Virus record (IMG/VR): IMGVR_UViG_3300028581_000059
Location: 1 to 50,657 of that record
Origin: a virus
Lineage: Duplodnaviria > Caudoviricetes
Reading direction: 5' to 3' (one strand)
Length of the DNA stretch: 50,657 nt
Under the pieces are notes generated by a model. The model was not told where the DNA came from, made no database searches, and worked only from the letters and a program-made list of their open reading frames with translations. Below are positions 9,428 through 19,110 of the stretch, piece after piece (the first letter of the stretch is position 1; each line of letters begins with the position of its first letter). Both the position numbers and the translations under genes were made by a program.

Positions 9428-10020
9428 TGCGTCTTTGCACGGTAGAGGGATGTGGAAGAAAACATTCTGCAAAAGGTCAATGCCGGATGCACTATAAACG
9501 AATAAAGAGACCACGGAAAACGTGGTATCACCCAAACCGGATTTTTGTGCGTGACGGATATGCAGAGATCGAATTGCTTCATAAAGATTCAACGATATCG
9601 TTTGCGCAAATAGATATAGAGGACGTTGAAAAGGTAAGTGCGTACCGATGGGTAATGGCACACGGGTACGTCAAAAAGAATCGCCCCAGTGAGTATCTAC
9701 ACCAATTCCTCATTGGGAAGCAGACCGGTTATGTAAATGACCATATTAACAGAGACCCGTTGGATAATAGAAAATCTAATCTGAGATTTCTGAAACACAG
9801 TGAAAACTTGTGCAATAGGGGGTTACCGCAAAACAATACTTCTGGTTATAAGGGAGTATCGTTTTCAAATAAACGGGGGAAGTGGTGTTCATTTATTCAT
9901 TTGAAAAATATTGCGGAACGGTACGTTGGAACATTCAATAATCCCGTAGATGCGGCAGTTGCATATAACAATGCGATGAAAAAATATGTGGGAGATGTGG
10001 CGTGGTTGAACCAAGCGTAA
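9427..10020 (+). CDS. HNH homing endonuclease with AP2 domain
   Basis: DHINRDPLDNRKSNLR; NNTSGYKGV...AAVAYN. Confidence 0.9.
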   Translation: MRLCTVEGCGRKHSAKGQCRMHYKRIKRPRKTWYHPNRIFVRDGYAEIELLHKDSTISFAQIDIEDVEKVSAYRWVMAHGYVKKNRPSEYLHQFLIGKQTGYVNDHINRDPLDNRKSNLRFLKHSENLCNRGLPQNNTSGYKGVSFSNKRGKWCSFIHLKNIAERYVGTFNNPVDAAVAYNNAMKKYVGDVAWLNQA

Positions 10021-10349
10021 TCAACATTATTCTATTGGCGATAGCGGTTGAAGCCGTTGTCGAATTGATAAAAACTGCCGCGCCGATTCAGGGGTCAAAA
10101 GAATGGATAATCAGACACACTCCGTTTCTGTACTCGGAAAGACAACAGACCCACCTGCTGTCATGCCCCACGTGTACCAGTTTTTGGGTTTCGATTTTGG
10201 CGGTGATCGGATATTTGTTTATGGATACAACGGTGGCGGTCTGTATTCTGGTTGGACTTGTGGCGCATCGATCGTCGAACTATTTTCATATAATGTACAG
10301 CATTCTTGCGGATAAACAGAGAGATTTGCGGATTTCAAGGAGGAAGTGA
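10002..10349 (+). CDS. Membrane protein (DUF1360-like)
   Basis: Hydrophobic segments; LLSCPTCTSFW. Confidence 0.55.
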   Translation: MVEPSVINIILLAIAVEAVVELIKTAAPIQGSKEWIIRHTPFLYSERQQTHLLSCPTCTSFWVSILAVIGYLFMDTTVAVCILVGLVAHRSSNYFHIMYSILADKQRDLRISRRK

Positions 10350-11398
10350 TGGGCGGATATAACAGATATGGAGAATGGGATGAGTATTTGGGGAATGATC
10401 CCGGTTATGATCCCGAAGGTTCTTCCGGTCACGAACCGACAAATACCTCTTATGATCCCGGTGACTGGTGGAAGTATTCCCCCGCCGATCCGAATTCGGC
10501 ACCTGCTTCTTTTGGCTCTCCCGCACTTGATAGCGGACTTTATGGGGCTTGGGTTACTCCCGAACCCCCTCCTGCGGTAAAACCTCAAGGGCAGAGGCTG
10601 GCTGGCGGCACGGGAAGCAGGTCCAGCACTTCTGTTCCTTCCGTTCCTGCTGTTGCCCCTACGGGGAAATCCGCCGGAGCAGGACAGGCCCTGAATGAAC
10701 CTGTCTATACTTATAATTCTACCGAACCGACCACCACGACGACTACAAGAGATCCAACAACCACGACATCCGTGACCAGTCCCACCACTTCCACCACGAG
10801 TGGTTCGACGACAAATATTTCCCAACGGATACCCACAATGGCCCTTCCACAATACGAGGAGGCGGCAGCTCTGAGTCTTCCCGCGCGTGACGCTTTACGG
10901 GAACGATATCTCGCACAAGAGGAACAGGCACTTGGAGTAGGGGAATGGAGGCAGAGTCTTCGGAAGGGTCTCAATAAACTCATGTCTGAGGGTAACTTCG
11001 CGACTCGCGGGGCGCAGATGAGGGAACTGTTCGCCGGGGCCGGTCAGGGCCTCGGGAGAATACTTCAAGCCGCGAGTAGTGCTGCAAGGGCAATCTACAA
11101 CGCAGAATACGGGATACTTGTCACTCAGGCGGTTGAGAATTACAGGGGTCAGTTATCGGAACACTTGGCTAAATTCAACTCCGAAGTCGGCATGTATCTC
11201 GGGACAATGGATACTTCCACAACGGGAACGAGTACCCAAAATACATATACATCCGGGAGTAACACTACGCAGGTTACGAGCGGGGGAACAACCAAACAGG
11301 TTACGAGCGGCGGCTCTACCTCTGGATATCGGGGGAATCAACCATACGACCCCGCACTTAATAGACCGGGCGGTTACGGGAGTTATGGGGTTTTATAG
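10346..11398 (+). CDS. Putative internal virion/ejection protein
   Basis: Thr/Gly-rich low complexity plus helical core; position. Confidence 0.5.
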   Translation: MMGGYNRYGEWDEYLGNDPGYDPEGSSGHEPTNTSYDPGDWWKYSPADPNSAPASFGSPALDSGLYGAWVTPEPPPAVKPQGQRLAGGTGSRSSTSVPSVPAVAPTGKSAGAGQALNEPVYTYNSTEPTTTTTTRDPTTTTSVTSPTTSTTSGSTTNISQRIPTMALPQYEEAAALSLPARDALRERYLAQEEQALGVGEWRQSLRKGLNKLMSEGNFATRGAQMRELFAGAGQGLGRILQAASSAARAIYNAEYGILVTQAVENYRGQLSEHLAKFNSEVGMYLGTMDTSTTGTSTQNTYTSGSNTTQVTSGGTTKQVTSGGSTSGYRGNQPYDPALNRPGGYGSYGVL

Positions 11399-11404
11399 GA
11401 GGTT

Positions 11405-12643
11405 ATGATGGGCGTACTTCGCGCACAAGCAGATTACGAATCAATGTATCCGACGGACCAGGCGGTTGCAGAGGATAGTCAGAGCCTAATCCAACCCGAT
11501 AGACCTCCCGCCCTGATTACGAATATTCCCGGTCGCAGACAGGAGGCAATCGACACGGGCGGGGGATATATCGACCCCGATACTCAGGAGCCGATAAGTT
11601 ATATGGGTGGGGATACTGCGGGACACGAACCCCCCGCGCTCGGGAGACCCGAAGATCAACCGCAATCAGCCATTGATAAATTGACAGATACAAGGGGGAC
11701 TGCCGACACAGACGCCCTTAATCTTATCAACTTTGGGAAAAAGAGTCCAGCGGATTTGGATAGGGAACGACAGCAAAACATAGACAAGATGCTCAAAAAA
11801 GGCATGAAACTTACTCCCGAAGAACTTACTAAGGTTTCTGAGGGAATATACAGGGTTTCTCTTACGATTCCGGCAAAGGAACAAGCGCAAGCAATGATGG
11901 ACAAGGATGCCGTCGGGAACTTTCGGCAAATGTTTAACTACAATATCAAAGACGCCACGGATGCAGATTTGGCGAGATTCCGGGAAGCACAGAAAAAGAA
12001 CCTGAAAACATTTGAAGATAATTTCACACAGAGACAAAAACTGGCACTTGCTTATTACAAGGAGCATACGCCCGATGCACTGAAAGCCCTTCAAATGGAA
12101 AATGTACAACTTGGTATTTTGAAAAAGAAGGTGGATTTGGCGAAACCAGAGAAACCGGAAAAGGTCACTCCCCGAAACGCAAACTATATGACACCGGCGG
12201 GTAAAATAGTAATCGTGAATATGAACGATCCCAATGCACAATCCATTATTGATACCAATGGATTGAAGCCATATAAAGAACCGGCCAAACCGGAGAAGCC
12301 GGAATACAAACCCGGACAGGCCATGAAAAGGATGTCCGCTATCAGTTCTGCTATTTCAAGACTGAAAAGCGGTAGCCCTATTGATGCACTTCTTGTGGCG
12401 CAAATCCCCGAATATGCTGGCCTGATGGCGTCAAATGATCCTGCGGCAAAACAGCAGGCAATCGATCAGCTTACAACGGAACTTGAATATGTGAAGGGGT
12501 TTGCTCCTGCAACTACCAAGGAAACGCCTCCGGCCGCTCCGGTTGATACTGAAAGGCAAAACGCAGATGCAGCAATAAAGGCGGGTGTGAATCCGGCTAA
12601 GGTTAAAGAGATGTATAAAAAGAGGACGGGCAAGGATTATTAA
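11405..12643 (+). CDS. Putative internal virion/ejection protein
   Basis: GGAGG RBS; helical; C-terminal AIKAGVNPAKVK; position. Confidence 0.5.
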   Translation: MMGVLRAQADYESMYPTDQAVAEDSQSLIQPDRPPALITNIPGRRQEAIDTGGGYIDPDTQEPISYMGGDTAGHEPPALGRPEDQPQSAIDKLTDTRGTADTDALNLINFGKKSPADLDRERQQNIDKMLKKGMKLTPEELTKVSEGIYRVSLTIPAKEQAQAMMDKDAVGNFRQMFNYNIKDATDADLARFREAQKKNLKTFEDNFTQRQKLALAYYKEHTPDALKALQMENVQLGILKKKVDLAKPEKPEKVTPRNANYMTPAGKIVIVNMNDPNAQSIIDTNGLKPYKEPAKPEKPEYKPGQAMKRMSAISSAISRLKSGSPIDALLVAQIPEYAGLMASNDPAAKQQAIDQLTTELEYVKGFAPATTKETPPAAPVDTERQNADAAIKAGVNPAKVKEMYKKRTGKDY

Positions 12644-15600
12644 TGGAAGCAAATCCTTACATGGACATTGCCGATACGGAAACCACTAATCCGTATATGC
12701 AGACCGAGGAAGCAAATCCCTACATGGATGTTGGGATAACCCCGGAGTCCTATGCTGCGATGGCCGCGCCGGTTCATTCTATACGGAAAAAGGAAACTGT
12801 CACGCCAGAGGTTACGGCGAAACCCGGCGAAGCAACGACAGCGGAGAAAGTAGCGGATTTCTTCACAGGGCATTTCCCGGCGAATAAAGACATTCCCGAA
12901 GTGCAGAACAACATTATTCGGGATATGTTGACTGGCAAAGACATTCCCGCGTACATGAAACGGCCATCCGTGCAAATCAATGTTCCCGAATCCGGGGAGA
13001 TTTCGTTTCTTCAAGACCCGGTTACGGCAGCATCGTTTGGGGCCGTGGCAGGAGTGTTGAAAGCCGCACCTCTTGTTGGGAAACTGGCAACAGCGGCAAG
13101 AGAAGCGGCGGCATGGATGACCGGGGGAGCAACAGACATTCCTAAACTTGCAAAAGCAGGTGCGGAGGGTGTGTCAAAGATTATATCCATCCCCGCCGAA
13201 GCCGAAAGAATGGCGATCTTGAGGGCAAAGGGAATACCCTACACAAAACCAGTAGGCGCAGTCATCCCGACAACGGGACCAGTTTCCGCGTCAATTACGT
13301 CTCCTGCGCTCAGGGTGATTGAGAATAAACGGTTGGCAGAACTACCAGGGGGAGAAGAGATCGTTAAACCTGGGGCAACGTCGCAAGGAAAACTGACGGC
13401 CCCGGAGGAAACCAAACTTCTTAAAGGTCCGCCCGAAGTAAAGGAAACCCCAAACGTCGGCCCGTCAGAATCATCGGCGGCTTTTGTCGATAAGGGCCAA
13501 TTCCCCGTCCAGAGAATCAAGGTTGAGGATATAAAGGTTGATCCTGACAAGTTTCAGTTCAAGAAGAATGTCGATAAACGTGGGGTACAGAAAGACCTCG
13601 AAGGCGAATGGAATGAATTGGCCGCTGGTGTCACGGTTGGATGGCAAGACAAAAAAGGTGAAATCTTTATCGCTAACGGACATCATCGATTAGCGGCTGC
13701 GAAAAAGCAGGGAATCGAATCCCTGAATATGCAGATTCTAAAAGAGACGGATGGGTTTACCGTTAAAGACGCCCGCAAGATGGCTGCTGAATCCAATATT
13801 CTTGAAGGGAAAGGAACTATCTTCGACCATGCCGCTTTCTTCCGTGAAGGCGGGTACTCCCCGGAAATAGCTACTCAACGGGGGATAAAGGGTCGTGGTT
13901 TTAACATCGGCACCAAGGCTACCGATAACGCATACGCTCAATTTACAAGCGGAAATATCTCCCCGGAAAACGTCGAAGCCATTGTTAATATTGCGCCGAA
14001 GAACGAGAACCTTCAGATTGTCGGTATTAAATATGCCTTAGATAAACCCAATGCAAAACCCGATGAAGTGGCAAACTTTATGAAGGCCATGTCGGTAAAC
14101 CGTCCCGCAAGTACGGCAAGTCAGCAGGGGGATATGTTTTCCGATGGATTAGATGATGCTATCCGGGATGCAGAGGAAATGGGAAAACTTGCCAGTGGGC
14201 ATATCAAATCCCTTGATAATGATCTGTCGGCATTGCGATCCCTGAAATGGTCTGACGTTCTTGAAAAGAAATTCGGAATCAAACGTGGAGACGCAACCGG
14301 AGCCGAGAAGATCATCCAAGACCTGAAGGTGGAAAAAGAACTATGGGAAAGTTGGCATACTAACCCGGATCTGGTTAAACAATTACGCCAGGAACAGGCA
14401 CAGGGACAGCAAGGTTTCAAGTGGCAAGGACAAGCGGCGGACACCGGCGGGTATGCAGACCGGGGCGGATATTCGCCAGCGCACGCGAATGTCGTTGAAC
14501 TCCCGGAACTCGTTGACATAGCAAAAGAACTCGGCGGAGGGCAATATCCCCGTATCCTTGAAAAACTGAGAGCAGGAGGGATACAACGTGACGAGATATT
14601 AGGGATATTCAAACCCGTTGGCAAGGGTTCTATTGATCTAAAGGCCGACATCTTCAAAGACCCCATAGGTGCATCAAAGACCCTATCCCATGAAATAGGT
14701 CACTGGATTGACTATCTCCCGGATAAGACCATGAAACGGGGAAACATCCTCGGACGTATCGGATCACTCAAGAAGTATTTCGATAGTTTCCTTGAGGAAT
14801 ACCCCAATGCTCCCCTCAAAGTCCTAACGGACCCGGAAAAAGAACTGATCCGGCAAGAGGCGAAACGACAGGCGGCAATGGGGAAGGCGGGAACCGCACC
14901 TGCCGTAACCCCGGCTGATATTCTTGCCGTTTGGAATAATGTTGTGATCGTGAATCCTAAGTTATCTGAATTTGTCGCCAAGATGTCTGACAAGGAAAAG
15001 GTACAGTTGGCGCGGGATGCCATGAAGGGAAGTATCCCCGAATGGTTCAAATTTAATCCGTCTGCGGCTCCCGGCAATGTTCGGAAGATATTTGAAGAAC
15101 TACTGGCGGCAGAGGTCGAACGGCGTCACCTGTGGAAAAAAGAAGATATTATGGGTGAGTTGAAAACGCTTACCCAACAATGGAAACCTTTCGATGTAAA
15201 CGAGAGTGCAAAGTTCACGTCTTACCGTCATTCGTCTGAGGAACTTTACGCCGATGCTTTCAGCGTTCTGTTGAATGAACCGACCCTGTTGGAACAAACG
15301 GCTCCGAAGTTTAGGCAAGCGTTCTTCAATTTCCTTGAACGGAAACCGCAAGTCAAACAGTTATACGAGGATACCCAGTCTCTTATATCCAGCGGCGGTG
15401 TGTTTGAAAAGCGGATGGGTGCCATTGACGAGGCGTTCACAAAGGGCGAAGAAATCCGCAAGGGTATGTCGGAAACCAAGCAACCCCTTGATATATTCAA
15501 ATGGTTGAAACATGAATTGGTCGATGTCAATACCGGACTGATTCAGAAAAAGAAGTTGGCCGAAAAAGCCGGACGAAAGTTTCTCCCGGAAGAAAACCCC

Positions 15601-17922
15601 GTCTATTGGGTCGAGGAATTGCCCTATGTCTCAGGGGAAGTGTTTCAATATCTTCGGGATGTTGACAGTATTGTTAAGAACCCTGCCACGAAAGCCGGGT
15701 TAAGCGAATCCGACATCGGGAAATATATGTTCCTCAATAGGGCGTCCACGGAATTGAAAGAGAAAGCGGTTCCCTGGGGAGAGGTCGGAGACATAGCAAA
15801 AAAGGATATGGACAATCTGCGGAACCAGTGGGGAGTGGAAAAATATAACAGAGTGAAGCAGATTGTTGACGGTTATCAGGACTTGCGTTCTAAATCCATA
15901 ATTCCCCTACTGGAAAAGGCGGGGATGTATGACGAAAAACTGATGAGTAAAATTAGGGACAACCGGGAATACGCACGTTTCAATGTCCTGCACTACATGG
16001 AAGAACAATACGGAAGCCAGATGGCCGGAGAGGTTTACCGGCAGATTGATCCGGCATATATCCATAAACTCGTAGGCACCTTGGCCCCTATTGAAAATCC
16101 TCTCACAGCCACCATTATGAAGGATGCGGCCTTGATTCGTGCGGCAAACATCAAAATGGCAAAGGCTTCGGCTGTTGACATGATGCTACGCGACTTTCCC
16201 TCTGATATTAAAACGGTCAATATGATCCCGCAAAAATCAAAACAGGGTGGGAGGGTGTACGTTCCCGACACAAGGCAACCGGCAAACTTCGGGGCGATAA
16301 CGTATCTGGAAGGCGGGAAGGTAAAGACCTTTTATGTGCCAAGAGAAATAGCCGAGAGTTTCAACAAAGACCCTTACGAGGCGAGTGTCCTTGCTAAAAT
16401 AGCCCGATATGTCTCCGCGCCAATCAAGGCGATTCTTGTCAGTCACAATCCGGCATGGGCTTTATGGAATGTTCAAAGGGATGTCCGGTCATTTGCCATG
16501 AATATCCCCGGAGCGAATCTATCCAAGGCGGCAGTGGCGATGGTGAAGGCGGTCCCGGAAACAGTAAAAGAAATGCGGGGGATCGCAACACCTGCCACGA
16601 AGGCCATGTATCAAGGGAAGATGCTCCCTATCGACAGACTCTACGATGCAAGTGGATTCACCCCCGAAACACAACTTGATAGATTGCTGATGGCCTATGG
16701 TCAAAGTGGAGCAAAGTATGAAAGCAATGTTCTAAAACCTTTCCGTAAGGCGTGGGATGCCTTGGGGATGGTGGGAAAGTTCTCTGAAAAGTGGACCAAG
16801 ATCGCGGGTTATAAATATCTAAAGGAGCAAGGTAAGTACAGCGATAAAGAGATAGCTCATATCGTCAGATCGCGGGTAGGAACCCCCGACATTATGAGGG
16901 CTGGATCAGCGAAACAACTTTATAACAATATCTTCCTGTTCTCCAACGTAGGGAAAGAAGGTATCCGATCCGCCATTGAATCGGCTAAAGAGTCGCCAAG
17001 TGCCTATCTCTGGAAATTGGCAAAGTACGATATTGCGCCCAAGATTGCTATGTTTTCGGCAGGAGCGGGACTACTTGGGGCAAAATACAAACAGATGATG
17101 GACAATATTCCAGAACGAGAAAAGGCAAACTACATGACCGTCCCCATCGGTACAACCAAAAATGGCAGTACGGTTTACTTTGTTCTTCCCCATGACTTCC
17201 AGGGTCAAGTGATCTCTGGCGCACTATGGAAACTATGGAATCTCAACAAGACCAAAACGGCAACGGACCTTGCAGACTACATGGCCGGGGGACTTCCCTA
17301 TTCGGGACTGAACCCGGTTCTTGGTATTAGCTCGGACTGGATGAGTTATGCGAGAGGAAAGAACCCCTACGATGAATTCACCGGACGCCCGGTTATCCCC
17401 GAACAAGCATTTACGGCTGGCGGGAAGTATGCCTTTAGCTCTATGGCAAAATCCACCGCCAACAAGACCTTCGGAACATCTGTTTATACGTTCAAAGGCG
17501 ATGACGTGGGTAGCGTTAAAAGTGAATTGGAAACGGCATTAGGTATCCCGGTAGTCGGGAAGATACTCGGACGTTTTCTGAGGGTGTCGAATCGAGGACA
17601 GGCCGAAGAACTGAGGGGCGTTGTGGATAAGGTTAAACAGGCAAGGGCGGCTGAATCCATTGAACAGTCGAAGGCTATCGCGGAAGATTTGCGATCAAAA
17701 ACGCCCAAGGGACCGGATAAACTTTTCGTGGATCTTGTCAAAACAGGAGTTATTCAACACAAATTGATAGGAGACCCATACGGTTCATTCAAAAACAGAT
17801 ATAAAGACTTACTGATTTTGAAGGCAAATCAACCACTATTCACGGCATATATGAATGCTGCATCGACTGAGGAAAAGGCGGCAATCATAGGGAAGGCATT
17901 ACAACAGAAACAGGTTCGCTAA
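12643..17922 (+). CDS. Large polyvalent/ejection protein (ParB-like domain, zincin HExxH, LPD38-like C-terminus)
   Basis: N-terminal NPYM repeats; IANGHHRL (ParB-like); LSHEIGHWID with downstream EELYADAF. Confidence 0.7.
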   Translation: MEANPYMDIADTETTNPYMQTEEANPYMDVGITPESYAAMAAPVHSIRKKETVTPEVTAKPGEATTAEKVADFFTGHFPANKDIPEVQNNIIRDMLTGKDIPAYMKRPSVQINVPESGEISFLQDPVTAASFGAVAGVLKAAPLVGKLATAAREAAAWMTGGATDIPKLAKAGAEGVSKIISIPAEAERMAILRAKGIPYTKPVGAVIPTTGPVSASITSPALRVIENKRLAELPGGEEIVKPGATSQGKLTAPEETKLLKGPPEVKETPNVGPSESSAAFVDKGQFPVQRIKVEDIKVDPDKFQFKKNVDKRGVQKDLEGEWNELAAGVTVGWQDKKGEIFIANGHHRLAAAKKQGIESLNMQILKETDGFTVKDARKMAAESNILEGKGTIFDHAAFFREGGYSPEIATQRGIKGRGFNIGTKATDNAYAQFTSGNISPENVEAIVNIAPKNENLQIVGIKYALDKPNAKPDEVANFMKAMSVNRPASTASQQGDMFSDGLDDAIRDAEEMGKLASGHIKSLDNDLSALRSLKWSDVLEKKFGIKRGDATGAEKIIQDLKVEKELWESWHTNPDLVKQLRQEQAQGQQGFKWQGQAADTGGYADRGGYSPAHANVVELPELVDIAKELGGGQYPRILEKLRAGGIQRDEILGIFKPVGKGSIDLKADIFKDPIGASKTLSHEIGHWIDYLPDKTMKRGNILGRIGSLKKYFDSFLEEYPNAPLKVLTDPEKELIRQEAKRQAAMGKAGTAPAVTPADILAVWNNVVIVNPKLSEFVAKMSDKEKVQLARDAMKGSIPEWFKFNPSAAPGNVRKIFEELLAAEVERRHLWKKEDIMGELKTLTQQWKPFDVNESAKFTSYRHSSEELYADAFSVLLNEPTLLEQTAPKFRQAFFNFLERKPQVKQLYEDTQSLISSGGVFEKRMGAIDEAFTKGEEIRKGMSETKQPLDIFKWLKHELVDVNTGLIQKKKLAEKAGRKFLPEENPVYWVEELPYVSGEVFQYLRDVDSIVKNPATKAGLSESDIGKYMFLNRASTELKEKAVPWGEVGDIAKKDMDNLRNQWGVEKYNRVKQIVDGYQDLRSKSIIPLLEKAGMYDEKLMSKIRDNREYARFNVLHYMEEQYGSQMAGEVYRQIDPAYIHKLVGTLAPIENPLTATIMKDAALIRAANIKMAKASAVDMMLRDFPSDIKTVNMIPQKSKQGGRVYVPDTRQPANFGAITYLEGGKVKTFYVPREIAESFNKDPYEASVLAKIARYVSAPIKAILVSHNPAWALWNVQRDVRSFAMNIPGANLSKAAVAMVKAVPETVKEMRGIATPATKAMYQGKMLPIDRLYDASGFTPETQLDRLLMAYGQSGAKYESNVLKPFRKAWDALGMVGKFSEKWTKIAGYKYLKEQGKYSDKEIAHIVRSRVGTPDIMRAGSAKQLYNNIFLFSNVGKEGIRSAIESAKESPSAYLWKLAKYDIAPKIAMFSAGAGLLGAKYKQMMDNIPEREKANYMTVPIGTTKNGSTVYFVLPHDFQGQVISGALWKLWNLNKTKTATDLADYMAGGLPYSGLNPVLGISSDWMSYARGKNPYDEFTGRPVIPEQAFTAGGKYAFSSMAKSTANKTFGTSVYTFKGDDVGSVKSELETALGIPVVGKILGRFLRVSNRGQAEELRGVVDKVKQARAAESIEQSKAIAEDLRSKTPKGPDKLFVDLVKTGVIQHKLIGDPYGSFKNRYKDLLILKANQPLFTAYMNAASTEEKAAIIGKALQQKQVR

Positions 17923-17925
17923 CAA

Positions 17926-18032
17926 TCAGGGCTTCCCGGCGGACTGATCATCCAAGGGGGACGCAAGAAAGATTAAGGGCGGTCGTGTGGGACCACACTC
18001 TCACAGGATGACGCCCTTTTTCTTTGCCCTGA
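17926..18032 (+). ncRNA. Structured cis-element, copy 2
   Basis: tcagggc pairs with gccctga; GGGGACGCAAGAA at 17957-17969; aagggcg...cgccctt hairpin then ttttctt. Confidence 0.6.
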
Positions 18033-18068
18033 CAGACAGAGGGGCCATACCCCCACAGGAGGCACAAA

Positions 18069-18779
18069 ATGGGATCAGCGAAAAGTTACGAGAAATTAAC
18101 GACGATCACAACGGCAACTGCACTGAGCGCGACGGTTTATGACCCGCCTGCGGTTTACCCGGAATCATTAACCAACGGCACCTTGGATTCCGGCACTTCA
18201 TGGACTGAGACGGGCGACTTTGCTCTCGCTGCCAACACAGCCGTTTACACTGATTCGACCAATGCTGGAACTCTCGATCAGGCAGTTACGGCTCTTGCGA
18301 GAACGGGTAGAAGCGGGGCAACGTATGAATTCACCTATACTACATCAACCGCATCGTTGGTAGGGACCGCAACGATAACCACAGCTTTTGCTGCTTCCGC
18401 AGTTTCGCTTAGTGGTCTTGGCACTGCCGGGACGTATAAGGTCCGGTTCGTGGCAGCCAACATCCCCGGAGCCTTCTCCATCTCGGTAGCCAGTTCTTCG
18501 GGTGCCGTAACCTTTGATGCACTTTCGTTGGTCGAACTGGTTGAACCCCAGGATGTCATGCAGGTCAAAAGGGCAGTCATTACCGTTGAAACGGCGGCAA
18601 TCAACTTCTGCGTTGACGGCACGACCCCCACGATCACGTCCGGGACGTATGGGGGCCACATGCTTAACGTGGGTGACGTTCTAACCCTGAATGACATTTC
18701 GGAGATCAGGAAATTCCGGTGCATCAATGCCGTCGCTTCGAGTGGTGCTGTTGTTAAAGTCACCTACTCGTTCGCATAG
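18069..18779 (+). CDS. Putative tail/virion protein with carbohydrate-binding-like insert
   Basis: AGGAGG RBS; SLTNGTLD...FDALSL jelly-roll-like segment; VDGTTPT motif. Confidence 0.55.
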   Translation: MGSAKSYEKLTTITTATALSATVYDPPAVYPESLTNGTLDSGTSWTETGDFALAANTAVYTDSTNAGTLDQAVTALARTGRSGATYEFTYTTSTASLVGTATITTAFAASAVSLSGLGTAGTYKVRFVAANIPGAFSISVASSSGAVTFDALSLVELVEPQDVMQVKRAVITVETAAINFCVDGTTPTITSGTYGGHMLNVGDVLTLNDISEIRKFRCINAVASSGAVVKVTYSFA

Positions 18780-18788
18780 GAGGAAGCC

Positions 18789-19097
18789 ATGAATATCAAA
18801 AGAGCAGGTGCTTCATATCTTACGGCAATCGCCAAGTCCTCAGCCTACACCATCCTCGACACTGACGGCTTTCAGAGCCTATACGTTTCAGGCAACACTG
18901 TAATCAAACTCCCTGTAGCCTCCAAGAAACGACTTATCAGGTTCAAGAAAACTGACTCCAATGCCACTACGGTTCAGATCAAAATATCCGACACCGGAGC
19001 GGATACGATAGAAGGAAACGAGACATTTATTCTTAGAGAGATTTACGACAGCGCGGTTTTGGAGTCTGACGGTACGGCTACATGGTACTCATTCTAA
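18789..19097 (+). CDS. Small tail-fibre-associated protein
   Basis: AYTILDTD...KKTD...DTIEG...LESDGTATW resembles phage tail-fibre domains. Confidence 0.55.
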   Translation: MNIKRAGASYLTAIAKSSAYTILDTDGFQSLYVSGNTVIKLPVASKKRLIRFKKTDSNATTVQIKISDTGADTIEGNETFILREIYDSAVLESDGTATWYSF

Positions 19098-19110
19098 AAG
19101 GAGGAGAAAG

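Noticed and set aside
11270-11312. Repeat caggttacgagcgg x2
   Set aside because: Simple coding duplication (QVTSGG) in a low-complexity tail
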